From Verrucomicrobiota bacterium (GTDB taxonomy: Bacteria; Verrucomicrobiota; Verrucomicrobiia; Verrucomicrobiales; Akkermansiaceae), in assembly GCA_030835305.1 (NCBI GenBank), contig JAURPJ010000032.1, forward strand, positions 29,368 to 93,367: a stretch of 64,000 bases of DNA, given 5' to 3'. A program made the translations under genes and the position numbers. The notes under the pieces are model-generated. The model did no database searches. It was not told where the DNA came from and worked only from the letters and a program-made list of their open reading frames with translations. Below are positions 18,271 through 28,374 of the stretch, piece after piece; position 1 is the first letter of the stretch; the number at the start of each line of letters is the position of its first letter.

Positions 18271-20163
18271 ATGGCAAATAAGTTTCAATCCAAAGAGCGG
18301 CGCTTGTTCGGCGTTGGTATCCAAGGGTGGATCAAAGGCTTCTTTAGTGGAAATGCCGGGGTTTCAATGGGGGTGATTTTCCTCATTTTTTTGTTTCTGG
18401 TTTTTGAAGCGGTTCGCTTTTTCCCTGATCACCACCGCGAACTGAAGCTGGTCCGCAGGACCGGTCAGGAATACGTCGATTTCCTAAGGCGCGAGGCGAG
18501 GGGATATCAGGAGATTTCGAGCTACACAAACCAAGCCTACTTCCAGGAGTTGGATGCACGGTTTGGTGTGCAGCGAGGCTTGGTTGATGGGTTTGAAGTC
18601 CTGCAAGGAATGATCGAGGATGGTGCGGAGCCTGAGATTGAGGCTTTGGCAGAAGCCCGCGATGTCTCTGATCCAGTGGCTTTAAGGGCCGCGGAGAAAC
18701 GTTATTGGGGCCGGGTTGGCGAGATTGTCGACTCGGCTGAGCGATCTTCGGTTGATTCTTTTGGCAGACTTTCAACTGAAGAATCAGCTTGGCAGAGTCT
18801 GCTGCAAGCTGCGCGTCGTTACGATGCGGTGGAGGAAGAGACGCCGGATTTAATTTTAGCGGCGGAGGCCCGGACGGAATCAGGAATGGCGGAATTCCGT
18901 AAAGCGAAAACGATGATTTCCTCGGCAGGATCTGATCTTAAGAATCTTCGAGATCGTCTCGTTCGAATCGCGTCAGCCACGAGGAAAGATGCAGAGACCG
19001 ACTACTCGCTTGGGATGCGTAAAAAAGCGTTGTTGGAAGGATCCGGGAAACTGGACGGCAAGGCCCGTGAAGAGCAAATCGCCGAGGCCGAGGCCTTGAA
19101 GGTGCTGGATCAATTTCCTTTTGAGGTGCGGGTGCAGCCGATTATCGACTCCCATGACGAGCATCAGAAAGCAGTGGAACATCTCAAAGAGCAGTTGAAA
19201 AAGGGGATTGCAGCGCTGCCCACGGAGTTTTCATCGGAGGCTTCTAAAAAACTGGTCATGAAAATTCGCGAGGCCGAACCAGCTTATCTCGAGGCGCTCG
19301 ACCAGAGTCTGGAAGAAGCAAGCGAGTGGACCTGGAATGAGGAAGTGAACTGGAGTTCCTCGGTGAGTCGCTTTTTTCTGGGAAAAGAATGGAAAACGGC
19401 AAGCGGGGGATGGAGGCAACTGTACGGATTTCTTCCTCTCTTTACCGGGTCTGTTACGATTTCCATGATTGCCCTCTGTTTTGCGCTTCCGTTCTCAATC
19501 GGAGCAGCGATTTATGTGAACCAACTTTCATCAAGATGGGAAAGATCGTTCATGAAACCGGCAATTGAAATGATTCAGGCCATTCCCTCAATTGTTCTGG
19601 GCTTCTTTGGGATCATGGTGCTTGGAAACATGTTGGTGGAATACAGCGACAGTCCATGGGTGTCTTGGTTGCCCGGCTTTCCCATTACCCAGCGACTCAA
19701 TATGTTGAATGCCGGGATGCTCTTGGCGTTGATGGCAATTCCGACTATTTTTACGCTTTGCGAGGATGCCTTGAACAACGTTCCCCGATCATTTTCCGAA
19801 GCCTCTCTTGCCTTGGGGGCCTCTCGTTTTCAGACGGTCCAACGGGTGGTGGTTCCTGCCGCTATTTCCGGGATTCTGGCAGCAGTCTTGCTCGGGCTAG
19901 GTCGCATCATTGGTGAGACCATGGTTGTCCTGTTGGTTGCTGGAAATCGAATCGCCATGCCGGATTGGGGAGACGGTTTGGGAATTATTACCCAACCAAG
20001 TCACACCATGACGGGGATTATCGCTCAGGAAATGGGTGAGGTGAGCGAGGGGACTCTTCACTACCGTGCGTTGTTCTTAATCGGGCTGGTCCTCTTTGTG
20101 GTCTCGCTCCTGATCAATTTGAGCGCGCAAAAACTTACCAAACGTCTTGGAGCCCATGTCTAA
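18271..20163 (+). CDS. pstC: Phosphate ABC transporter permease PstC, long form with a ~370-aa N-terminal extension
   Basis: The C-terminal ~260 aa is a typical PstC permease ([25 protein letters not shown]). The N-terminus has one TM segment followed by a charged, coiled-coil-like region. Confidence 0.85.
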   Translation: MANKFQSKERRLFGVGIQGWIKGFFSGNAGVSMGVIFLIFLFLVFEAVRFFPDHHRELKLVRRTGQEYVDFLRREARGYQEISSYTNQAYFQELDARFGVQRGLVDGFEVLQGMIEDGAEPEIEALAEARDVSDPVALRAAEKRYWGRVGEIVDSAERSSVDSFGRLSTEESAWQSLLQAARRYDAVEEETPDLILAAEARTESGMAEFRKAKTMISSAGSDLKNLRDRLVRIASATRKDAETDYSLGMRKKALLEGSGKLDGKAREEQIAEAEALKVLDQFPFEVRVQPIIDSHDEHQKAVEHLKEQLKKGIAALPTEFSSEASKKLVMKIREAEPAYLEALDQSLEEASEWTWNEEVNWSSSVSRFFLGKEWKTASGGWRQLYGFLPLFTGSVTISMIALCFALPFSIGAAIYVNQLSSRWERSFMKPAIEMIQAIPSIVLGFFGIMVLGNMLVEYSDSPWVSWLPGFPITQRLNMLNAGMLLALMAIPTIFTLCEDALNNVPRSFSEASLALGASRFQTVQRVVVPAAISGILAAVLLGLGRIIGETMVVLLVAGNRIAMPDWGDGLGIITQPSHTMTGIIAQEMGEVSEGTLHYRALFLIGLVLFVVSLLINLSAQKLTKRLGAHV

Positions 20164-21334
20164 AAGTTTTGGACGAAATTACAAGGCAGTGAAGGCCGGA
20201 AATCCTTTCGACTCCGGAGGGCGGGGTCGACGTTGGCGCGACCGGTTGGGGACTGGCGTTTTTGCAATTTTCACCTATTTCATCCTGGCCTGTGTCTTTT
20301 TGATTATCGGGAAGATTACCCTGACGGGTGCTCCGGTTCTCTTTCAAAGTGAAGCCCCGTTCCTGAATACGGAGTTCTTTTCAAAATCGCCGATGACTCT
20401 CCATGAATTCGAGGACGGGGAAGGAAACAATTGTCGGCTGGATCATGACCGCTTCGTGGATTTTAAGAAAAACAATCCCAATGCGGTGATCAAGAATGAA
20501 CAAACCCATTCCAATGCCGGTGGAGGGATTTTGGGGCCGTTGGTAGGGACAGTCTTATTGGTTGTTCTCTGTATGGCGATTGCCTTGTTCATCGGCATCT
20601 CAACAGCAATCTATCTGGTCGAGTATGCAAAGGAGGGAAGGATTACCAATACCCTGAGGCTTGCGATCATGAATTTGGCGGGAGTTCCCTCCATTGTATT
20701 TGGTCTATTTGGCTTTGCGTTTTTCTGTCTGTCTCCGATTTTTCCCGTCTTCACCGCGGTGCCGGACTGGGAGAAATCCCTCCTCGCAATTCCGCTCTGG
20801 CCAAGTGATGGTTATTTAAGTTTTCAGGGATGGGGTAGTTCTCTTTTGGCTGGCGGTGCAACGCTGGCGGTCATGGTTCTTCCAATCATTGTGGCGGCAT
20901 GCGAGGAGTCGCTGAAAGCTGTTCCCGAGGGGTTCCGGGAGGCATCGCTGGCTCTTGGAGCTACGAAATGGCAGTGCATCCGGACTGCCGTTCTTCCTTA
21001 TGCCGCGCCTGGAATGCTCACGGCTTCGGTACTTGGAATTACGCGTGTGGCCGGTGAAACCGCTCCCATCATGTTCACTGCGGCGGTCGTGACCAAGGGG
21101 AAGCTTCCCTGGGAAAATTCGGAGGGAAGTGGACTCTATTGGCTTTCTAGTGTGTTGACCCAAAAAGTTGAGGCCTTACCATACCACATCTATAGTATTT
21201 CAAAATTGCAGTCCAACGAGGCGCTTGACGAAATGCGATACGGCTCCGTTTTGGTCTTCCTCTTCCTTGTCATTGGCTTCGCTATGATCTCGGTGGTTCT
21301 TCGTTCGCGATATCGCAAAAAACTCAAATGGTAA
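20156..21334 (+). CDS. pstA: Phosphate ABC transporter permease PstA
   Basis: [28 protein letters not shown] 20156 overlaps the pstC stop. The track starts the ORF at TTG 20147. Confidence 0.85.
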   Translation: MSKSFGRNYKAVKAGNPFDSGGRGRRWRDRLGTGVFAIFTYFILACVFLIIGKITLTGAPVLFQSEAPFLNTEFFSKSPMTLHEFEDGEGNNCRLDHDRFVDFKKNNPNAVIKNEQTHSNAGGGILGPLVGTVLLVVLCMAIALFIGISTAIYLVEYAKEGRITNTLRLAIMNLAGVPSIVFGLFGFAFFCLSPIFPVFTAVPDWEKSLLAIPLWPSDGYLSFQGWGSSLLAGGATLAVMVLPIIVAACEESLKAVPEGFREASLALGATKWQCIRTAVLPYAAPGMLTASVLGITRVAGETAPIMFTAAVVTKGKLPWENSEGSGLYWLSSVLTQKVEALPYHIYSISKLQSNEALDEMRYGSVLVFLFLVIGFAMISVVLRSRYRKKLKW

Positions 21335-21344
21335 TTGCCGGGTC

Positions 21345-22142
21345 ATGACGAATTCCACTTCCACAGGTCACAATGCCGATGACTCGATTATTTCCATCGA
21401 GGATTTGAGCTTTAGCTACGATATCGGGAAGACAAACACTCTTCGCAATATTTCGTTGAAAATTCCGGAAGGGCGCGTGACTTCATTTATTGGTCCGTCG
21501 GGTTGCGGAAAGTCGACTCTTCTTCGGTGCCTGAACCGCATGAACGATCTTGTGGAGACATCCAGAATTACGGGCGGTCGAATCGAGATTCTTGGTCAGG
21601 ATATCAACGCTCCGGATGTCGATGTGATCGAGTTGCGAAAGCACGTCGGGATGTTGTTTCAAAAGTATAATCCTTTTCCGAAATCCATCTACGAGAATGT
21701 GGCCTATGGCTTGCGGGTGCAGGGGGTGAGGCGAATGGATATTCTCGATCAGGCTGTCGAAGAGTCGCTCCGAAAAGCCGCTCTCTGGCTGGAAGTAAAA
21801 GACCGGCTCGACGCCAGTGCCCTCGAACTTTCCGGTGGTCAGCAGCAACGTCTTTGCATCGCCCGCACCATCGCGGTAAAGCCCCGGATTATCCTCATGG
21901 ACGAACCTTGTTCGGCCCTTGATCCTATTGCCACCGCAAGAATTGAGGAGCTCATCTCGGAATTACAGGATGATTTTACGATCGTGATCGTTACTCACAA
22001 CATGCAGCAAGCTGCGCGGGTTTCCGATCAGACCGCCTTCTTTTATCTCGGCGAGCTAGTTGAATACGCCGACACCACGACAATTTTTGGAAATCCAAAA
22101 GCCAAACAGACGGAAGACTACATCAGTGGTCGTTTTGGCTGA
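21345..22142 (+). CDS. pstB: Phosphate ABC transporter ATP-binding protein PstB
   Basis: Walker [34 protein letters not shown]. Canonical C-terminus ..YISGRFG followed by TGA. Confidence 0.95.
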   Translation: MTNSTSTGHNADDSIISIEDLSFSYDIGKTNTLRNISLKIPEGRVTSFIGPSGCGKSTLLRCLNRMNDLVETSRITGGRIEILGQDINAPDVDVIELRKHVGMLFQKYNPFPKSIYENVAYGLRVQGVRRMDILDQAVEESLRKAALWLEVKDRLDASALELSGGQQQRLCIARTIAVKPRIILMDEPCSALDPIATARIEELISELQDDFTIVIVTHNMQQAARVSDQTAFFYLGELVEYADTTTIFGNPKAKQTEDYISGRFG

Positions 22143-22159
22143 ATTTACCCCCACAAAAA

Positions 22160-22819
22160 ATGCCCCATATCCTCAGAAACTATGACGAAGATCTCAGCGC
22201 GCTCAAGGACAGCGTGGTTGAGATGGGAACGATGGCCTTGGCCGCAATTGAGAAAGCTCTCAAAGGGCTGGCCTCGCGGGACAGCGATCTCTGTTATGAC
22301 GTTGTTGAGCAGGACGAAATCATCGACCAGCAGGAGAAAAAAATCGATGAGCTCGGAATGGCAATCCTTCTGCGCTTCAATCCGGTGGCCTCCGATTTGC
22401 GCCACGTGTTGTCTTCGATCAACATCTGTCGAAGTCTGGAGCGGATCGGGGACCACGCCGTGAATGTCGCCAAGCGGGCCCGGAAGGTGATTCGGAGCAG
22501 CGAGCTGGATGAGACGCGATTGTTGGAGCCTCTATTTGCCGAGGCCCGCAAGATAGTCTCGGTAGCCCTGACCGCCTACTCCGATGTGGATGAGGCGATG
22601 GCTCATGAGGTGATCAAAATGGACCAAAAGGTGGATGAAATTCACAAATCGTTGGGTAAGTCACTGAGTCAGAGAATCTCAGAGGGAGGTTGTGATACCG
22701 AGGCTTTGCTCAATGTCATTTTCATTTCCAGGAGCCTGGAACGAATTGGTGATCTCGCCGTAAATATTGCAGAGGACGTGGTCTTCTCAACATCAGCTGA
22801 AGACATCAGGCATACATAA
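22160..22819 (+). CDS. phoU: Phosphate signalling regulator PhoU
   Basis: Two PhoU repeats, each with an E(R)IGD motif (LERIGDHAVNVA, LERIGDLAVNIAED). Confidence 0.9.
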   Translation: MPHILRNYDEDLSALKDSVVEMGTMALAAIEKALKGLASRDSDLCYDVVEQDEIIDQQEKKIDELGMAILLRFNPVASDLRHVLSSINICRSLERIGDHAVNVAKRARKVIRSSELDETRLLEPLFAEARKIVSVALTAYSDVDEAMAHEVIKMDQKVDEIHKSLGKSLSQRISEGGCDTEALLNVIFISRSLERIGDLAVNIAEDVVFSTSAEDIRHT

Positions 22820-22845
22820 AAAACTAACTCTAAGTGCTTTATTCT

Positions 22846-22883
22846 GAAGGCTCGCTTTTAAGCGGGCTTCTTCTTTGATTTTT
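22846..22883 (+). terminator. Candidate rho-independent terminator after phoU
   Basis: Stem AGGCTCGC / GCGGGCTT (with G-U pairs), loop TTTTAA, then the T-rich tail CTTCTTTGATTTTT. Confidence 0.45.
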
Positions 22884-22933
22884 GGTCGATAATGGCGATT
22901 AATCCTTTGAAAACCCTGATTATTTAGGCTTTC

Positions 22934-22970
22934 TGGTTGATCTTTGGTGATCTTCAGTGTACTCCGGTGA
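22934..22970. promoter_or_regulatory. Direct repeats TGGTTGATCTT / TGGTGATCTT (+ GGTGA 20 nt later) upstream of mraZ; candidate MraZ operator
   Basis: Read directly. GGT(T)GA occurs at 22935, 22946 and 22966, roughly in helical phase, 30-65 nt upstream of the mraZ ATG. Confidence 0.35.
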
Positions 22971-22998
22971 CTGCCAATACACTTGGAAAGGCGTTTTT

Positions 22999-23466
22999 AT
23001 GAAAAAATGCGGACATCATCGTTCAGGTCATTTGGACCGTCAGCTTGATCCGAAGGGGAGAGTTTCCCTTCCGGTTGAGTGGCGTCCGAGCCATGGTGAA
23101 AGCGTTTATTTCGTGAAAGTCAGGGTGGAGGACATCCCGGCTCTAAGGGTTTTTACCCAAACGGCGTTCGATCGAAAGCTGTCTGATATCGAAAGTACAC
23201 CGGACGCCACCCCCGCCCAACGCGACCGCGCGCGTGGAATCCTTTTCGGCTCTTCGATCGAGTCCAAGGTCAATGAGCAAGGGAAGCTGACGATCCCCAA
23301 GGCTTTGGCCGAAGGTCACGGACTCGCTCTTCCCGGTGCGGTTCATTTGGTGGGCCGTGGCGAGCTTTTTGAAATCTTCACCCCTGAAAATGGCAAGGCC
23401 ATTGAGGCTGCCGAGGAACACGCCCGTGAAAGCGACGCGATGATCGCCGGCATGCTCGGCTTCTAA
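22999..23466 (+). CDS. mraZ: Transcriptional regulator MraZ
   Basis: Two SpoVT/AbrB-like halves (LDPKGRVSLP and VNEQGKLTIP). First gene of the dcw cluster. Start moved to ATG 22999. Confidence 0.85.
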   Translation: MKKCGHHRSGHLDRQLDPKGRVSLPVEWRPSHGESVYFVKVRVEDIPALRVFTQTAFDRKLSDIESTPDATPAQRDRARGILFGSSIESKVNEQGKLTIPKALAEGHGLALPGAVHLVGRGELFEIFTPENGKAIEAAEEHARESDAMIAGMLGF

Positions 23467-23491
23467 AAATCCCTTAATTTCTACGTTCGCC

Positions 23492-24538
23492 ATGTTATCC
23501 GCTCCTTTCATCCAGACGTCTCCCGATTTCGGTTGGCTCGATGATTTTTCGATCGGCTCTCTTTTCCGGAGAGGGTCGACGGGGGTTGCCTGTGCTGTGG
23601 ATTCAGGTGGCGACTCGCTGGACCAGCCTTTCTACCATGAATCCATCCTCTTGGATGAAGTGATCGAATTTTTGCAACCTGAAGCTGGGAAGCTCCTGGC
23701 AGATGGCACCTTGGGTGGCGGTGGTCACACCGAGGCTCTGTTGAAGGCGGGAGCAAGCGTCAAGGGAATTGACCGTGATGCAGATGCGCGGGCCTTTGCT
23801 AACAAGCGCCTGGCTCGCTTTGGTGATCGCTTCGAAGCAGTGGAAGGTTGCTTTGGAGATATGGCCGCTCTGGCGCAGGCCGGAGGATGGGAAGGGCTTG
23901 ATGGCATCTTACTCGATCTCGGCGTTTCCTCCCACCAACTCGATTGCGGTGAGCGCGGGTTCTCATTTCGTTTCGATGGTCCCCTTGACATGCGGATGGG
24001 GGGGGGCGGACCAACCGCCGCTGATCTTGTGAATGACTGGAGCGAAGAGGATCTGCGCCAGATCTTTTGGGAGCTGGGAGAAGAAAAATCCGCCCGCAGA
24101 ATCGCTGCCTGGATTGTTTTGCAACGAGAGAAGTTGAAGTTTGAAACGACAGGGCAGCTTGCCTGTGGCATTGAGAAATTGCTGGGCCGCCGCGGTCGAA
24201 CTCATCCAGCCACCAAGGTCTTTCAAGCGCTCCGTATGGAGGTGAATGACGAGCTCGGAGAGCTTCGTCGTTTTTTGAAAGTCGCTCCCGATCTTTTGAA
24301 GCCGGGTGGGCGGCTCGCCATTATCACCTTCCATAGCCTTGAGGATCGAATCGTCAAACAGACATTCCGAGATGAGTCGAAGGTCGAGATCGATCGTTCC
24401 GAGTGGCCGGCTCCCCGCCCCAATCCCGATTATTTTTACCGACTTCTGACCCGCAGAGGGATTGCTCCCGGAGCCCGGGAAGTCGCCCGCAATCCCAGAT
24501 CCCGGAGCTCACGACTACGTGTTGTGGAGCGAATTTGA
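23492..24538 (+). CDS. rsmH: 16S rRNA (cytosine1402-N4)-methyltransferase RsmH, with a ~50-aa N-terminal extension
   Basis: HESILLDEVIEFL, DGTLGGGGHTEALL, DLGVSSHQLD, FHSLEDRIVK. Confidence 0.9.
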   Translation: MLSAPFIQTSPDFGWLDDFSIGSLFRRGSTGVACAVDSGGDSLDQPFYHESILLDEVIEFLQPEAGKLLADGTLGGGGHTEALLKAGASVKGIDRDADARAFANKRLARFGDRFEAVEGCFGDMAALAQAGGWEGLDGILLDLGVSSHQLDCGERGFSFRFDGPLDMRMGGGGPTAADLVNDWSEEDLRQIFWELGEEKSARRIAAWIVLQREKLKFETTGQLACGIEKLLGRRGRTHPATKVFQALRMEVNDELGELRRFLKVAPDLLKPGGRLAIITFHSLEDRIVKQTFRDESKVEIDRSEWPAPRPNPDYFYRLLTRRGIAPGAREVARNPRSRSSRLRVVERI

Positions 24539-24556
24539 ATCTTTTTTCGTTAAAAA

Positions 24557-24895
24557 ATGAACCGTAAAAAAAGTACTTCCAGTCTTGGGTTTTCGTCTCT
24601 TGTCCTTCTCGGTATTGCCGTCGTGATTGTTTCGAGCAGTGGGATTGGATATGTCATTATGAAGAACAGGCAAATCTCGGCTCGCAGCCAGATTACAGAG
24701 GTTCAGCGTAAGATGGAGAAACTTCAGGTGTCCATTTCGCAGCACCAATCCGATATCGAGGAGTCCTTGGGAATCTTCCGGCTTCGAGAACATCTCGAGG
24801 AAATCAATTCTCCCCTTACTGAAATCGAATTCGTTGAGCCCCTCCTCAAACATAACGAAAAATCTCCACCCGAAAACTCGGTCGCTCACCGTTAA
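24557..24895 (+). CDS. ftsL: FtsL-like cell division protein (single TM + coiled coil)
   Basis: Position between rsmH and ftsI. TM segment LGFSSLVLLGIAVVIVSSSGIGYVI followed by a heptad-like region. The call rests on position and architecture. Confidence 0.6.
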   Translation: MNRKKSTSSLGFSSLVLLGIAVVIVSSSGIGYVIMKNRQISARSQITEVQRKMEKLQVSISQHQSDIEESLGIFRLREHLEEINSPLTEIEFVEPLLKHNEKSPPENSVAHR

Positions 24896-24898
24896 TTT

Positions 24899-26809
24899 AT
24901 GATAGATGCCGCTTTCAAACGTCGCGCTTTCCTGGTCTGCCTGGCTCTAGTAGTCGGGCTGAGTGCGCTTTCGGTAAGGCTGATTGCGCTTCAGGTTTGG
25001 GATCGGAAGCTTTCCGACACTTCTCCGGTCCCGAGATTCAAATCCCACGTGGTGATCCCTGCGCGGCGTGGCTTCATCGTCGATCGTAATCGTACCGTAA
25101 TCGCCCAGAATCGCCCGGAAGCAACCTTGATCGCGGATCTCAATCACCTGAATACCGAATCGATTCTCCACCGGGCAGTGGCACACTTTTATGCAAGCCA
25201 GGAGGCGGGTTGGCGAAACCTTAACGAGGCCGAAAAAAATGTCCTTCTTGGAAAAGCCCGCAAGTGGATCAAAAAAAACCTCAGCAAGGAAGAGGTGATT
25301 GACAAGCATCTTGATTACGCATGCGAAATCATCGGCCGGGAACTACAAATGGAATCCGAGGCCATTCGGGGCAAGTTTAAGGATGGCGTGACCCGGATTG
25401 AAATTCAGAAACGCATTCCCGAAGGCGAGGCCCGTCGAATTGAAAACGCACTTCAGGAACGCCGTATTCAAGGATTTAGTTTTGAGCGATACCAGCGCCG
25501 GGTCTACCCGATGCCGACTTTAGCATCCCACTTGATTGGGATTCGCGGATACAATAAGGACGACGAGCTTGTCGGCCTATCAGGACTTGAAAAATCAATG
25601 GATGGGATCCTTTCAGGTCGCGATGGCAGGCGTGTTCTGAAGCGAGATGAAAACGGTCTGGTGAACCTGACCGAGTCTGCCGAAATGCTGCCTGCAAGGA
25701 TGGGCAAGCACGTTCAGGTGACATTTGACATGGGGATTCAAGCCATCGTCGAAGAAGAACTGGGTATGGCCTTTGAGGCCTTTAACGCCAAGCATGGAAG
25801 TATCATCGTCGTGGATCCTCACACCGGTGACATTCTTGCGATGGCAAGTCGTCCTGATTTCAATCTGAACCTTCGGGAGAGCTACGCCGATGCGGTGAAT
25901 TACGCGGTCTCGGCGCAATATGAATCTGGCTCGGTAATGAAAATTGTCCCCATGGCGGCGACTCTTGATTTGAGGAAAGCGACTCGCGAGACGGTTGTGG
26001 ATTGCGGCTGGGGTGGAATTGATCGTTACGGATTCCGGATTCGTGACCACCACCGTTATGGTGAACTGACTTTTGACGGAGTCCTGGTAAAATCCAGCAA
26101 CACCGGAGTTTTCCAGTTTGCAGATATGGTGGGCCGTGGGCCTTATTATCAATACTTGCGGGATTTTGGTTTTGGTCGCCCCACTGGATTTCCAATACCA
26201 GGCGAAGCAAGCGGGGTGATTCAAAATGAGACAAACATGCGGAACTTTGCCAGTGCCACCTATGGCTATGGTGTTTCGGTGACACCGCTTCAATTGGCGA
26301 TGGCCTATTCCGTTCTGGCCAACGGAGGCAAGCTCATGAAGCCTCGTTTGGTAGATTCCATCATTGCCGACAATGGTGCGGTGCTGGATCAAACTCCGGT
26401 CCACCATGTGCGCGAAGTTGTCAGCCCACGAACTGCCAAAGAGATGTGCCTTGCCCTCGAGCAAGTCGTTCTGAAAGGAACCGGTCGGCGGGCTGGAGTT
26501 CCCGGATATCGGGCCGGTGGCAAGACTGGGACCGCAGAGAAGTGGGATAGTAAAAACAGGTGCTACAACGAGTACGAAAAAATCCTCACTTTCGCAGGTA
26601 TTCTCCCCGTTCACGATCCCAAGTTTGTTTGCATCGTGACCATCGATGAGCCCTCCGGGCTTGGCGAAGATTTTCAGATTGGCGGCGGCACCATCGCTGC
26701 TCCTGTTTTTTCGCAAGTTGCCGGGCGTATTGCCCGCTACATGAATTTAGCTCCCACCGAAGAGATTTCCGAAGAGATCTCCTCCATCATGCTCAATCCA
26801 AACGAATGA
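24899..26809 (+). CDS. ftsI: Peptidoglycan D,D-transpeptidase FtsI (class B PBP)
   Basis: SxxK (ESGSVMK), SxN (KSSNTG), KTG (GKTGTAEK). N-terminal TM segment. Confidence 0.9.
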   Translation: MIDAAFKRRAFLVCLALVVGLSALSVRLIALQVWDRKLSDTSPVPRFKSHVVIPARRGFIVDRNRTVIAQNRPEATLIADLNHLNTESILHRAVAHFYASQEAGWRNLNEAEKNVLLGKARKWIKKNLSKEEVIDKHLDYACEIIGRELQMESEAIRGKFKDGVTRIEIQKRIPEGEARRIENALQERRIQGFSFERYQRRVYPMPTLASHLIGIRGYNKDDELVGLSGLEKSMDGILSGRDGRRVLKRDENGLVNLTESAEMLPARMGKHVQVTFDMGIQAIVEEELGMAFEAFNAKHGSIIVVDPHTGDILAMASRPDFNLNLRESYADAVNYAVSAQYESGSVMKIVPMAATLDLRKATRETVVDCGWGGIDRYGFRIRDHHRYGELTFDGVLVKSSNTGVFQFADMVGRGPYYQYLRDFGFGRPTGFPIPGEASGVIQNETNMRNFASATYGYGVSVTPLQLAMAYSVLANGGKLMKPRLVDSIIADNGAVLDQTPVHHVREVVSPRTAKEMCLALEQVVLKGTGRRAGVPGYRAGGKTGTAEKWDSKNRCYNEYEKILTFAGILPVHDPKFVCIVTIDEPSGLGEDFQIGGGTIAAPVFSQVAGRIARYMNLAPTEEISEEISSIMLNPNE

Positions 26810-28374
26810 TTTCACTTCCGTTACTTCTTGAGATTCTTCCCGAAGCCAAGGGGCTGCGCATCGAAGATATACCCGTGGTTAGCGTGACTGACCACAGTGG
26901 GCGCGTGCAAGAAGGTGCCGTCTTTGTGGCGGTGCGCGGTGCCTCGGTCGACGGCCATGACTTTCTTGATCAAGTCGTGGGAAGAAATCCCGCGGCCATT
27001 GTTGCGCAATGCAAGGGGCCGGCTGATTACACCGGACTTTGGATTCAGGTTCCGGATACCCGGATCGTGTTGGGTCGCCTTGCCGCTCGTTTTGCCGGAG
27101 ATCCGGCCAAGTCGATGGTGGTGATTGGTGTGACCGGAACCAACGGTAAGACCACGGTGACCCACTTTATCCATGCCCTTTTTGAGAAGTCCATGATCAA
27201 GGCGGGAATGATCGGGACGATCAAAATTAATGATGGCCGTTGCTTGAGAGCTGCCACCCATACCACACCGGGGGCGGTTGAAATGCAGAGTATCCTCAAA
27301 ACAATAAAGGAAAATCGTTGCAAGGCCGTGACGATGGAAACCTCGTCACATGGTTTGGAGCAAGGGCGTTGCCAGGGGATTCCTTTCAATGTCGGGGTTT
27401 TTCTAAATCTGACCCAGGACCATCTCGATTATCACAAGACAATGCCGGCGTATTTTGCTGCAAAGAAGATCCTCTTTGAGCAAATGGCGGAGAGTGGAAG
27501 CGACGGGGTTGCCGTGATCAATATTGATGATCCTGCCGGTGAGAAGCTTGTCGCAGAGTTTGCGGGGCGCCTGAAGATCGTGACTTTTGGCTTCGGCGCG
27601 GGTGCTGATTTTCGTGCCAGCGAGGTTCGGCCCTCCATTCGCGGACAGGTCTTTGCACTCGAAGCGCGGGGGAAAAGCTTCCTTGTCAGGCTCCCGGTTG
27701 TTGGTCGCTTCAATGTCATGAATGCCCTCGCCGCGATGGCTGCGGTTTCCTCAACGGGCGTGCCATTACGAGATCTCGTTAAGGCGGTTGGGGAAACCCG
27801 TCAAACTCCGGGCCGGATGGAATTTGTTGGGGGAGATCGGATTTCGGTTTTCGTGGACTACGCGCACACTCCCGATGCGCTTGAGAAGGCCTGTGAGACC
27901 TTGAGCGATCTTCATCCAAATCGCCTCGTGACCATCTTTGGTTGCGGAGGTGACCGGGATCGCCCCAAGCGTCCCTTGATGGCCGAGGCTGCCGCCAGGC
28001 ACAGTCAATTTTGTATCCTGACCTCGGATAATCCTCGGACTGAAGATCCACAGGCGATTATTGATGAAACTATCCCTGGTTTGGGAGCAGCTCGTCACGA
28101 GGTGATCGTTGATCGACGTGAGGCGATTTATTCGACGATCGAAAATGCCCTGCCAGGTGATCTGGTTCTGATCGCTGGAAAGGGACACGAGACCTATCAG
28201 GAAGTTAATGGTCGACGACAGCATTTTGACGATCGCGAGGTGGCTCGTCGGGCGCTCGAAATTCGGAAGAAAAAGGAAGAAATCGAATTTGAGAAACGGC
28301 AGGCCGAGCGGGAAGAACGGGAGCACAAACGTGCCAGGGAAGAAGGCGGCGAAAGAAACTTTGATCAGGAATGA
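26806..28374 (+). CDS. murE: UDP-MurNAc-L-Ala-D-Glu:meso-DAP ligase MurE, with a ~40-aa highly charged C-terminal tail
   Basis: GVTGTNGKTT. DNPR motif (TSDNPRTEDP). ATGA overlap with ftsI. Confidence 0.9.
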   Translation: MISLPLLLEILPEAKGLRIEDIPVVSVTDHSGRVQEGAVFVAVRGASVDGHDFLDQVVGRNPAAIVAQCKGPADYTGLWIQVPDTRIVLGRLAARFAGDPAKSMVVIGVTGTNGKTTVTHFIHALFEKSMIKAGMIGTIKINDGRCLRAATHTTPGAVEMQSILKTIKENRCKAVTMETSSHGLEQGRCQGIPFNVGVFLNLTQDHLDYHKTMPAYFAAKKILFEQMAESGSDGVAVINIDDPAGEKLVAEFAGRLKIVTFGFGAGADFRASEVRPSIRGQVFALEARGKSFLVRLPVVGRFNVMNALAAMAAVSSTGVPLRDLVKAVGETRQTPGRMEFVGGDRISVFVDYAHTPDALEKACETLSDLHPNRLVTIFGCGGDRDRPKRPLMAEAAARHSQFCILTSDNPRTEDPQAIIDETIPGLGAARHEVIVDRREAIYSTIENALPGDLVLIAGKGHETYQEVNGRRQHFDDREVARRALEIRKKKEEIEFEKRQAEREEREHKRAREEGGERNFDQE

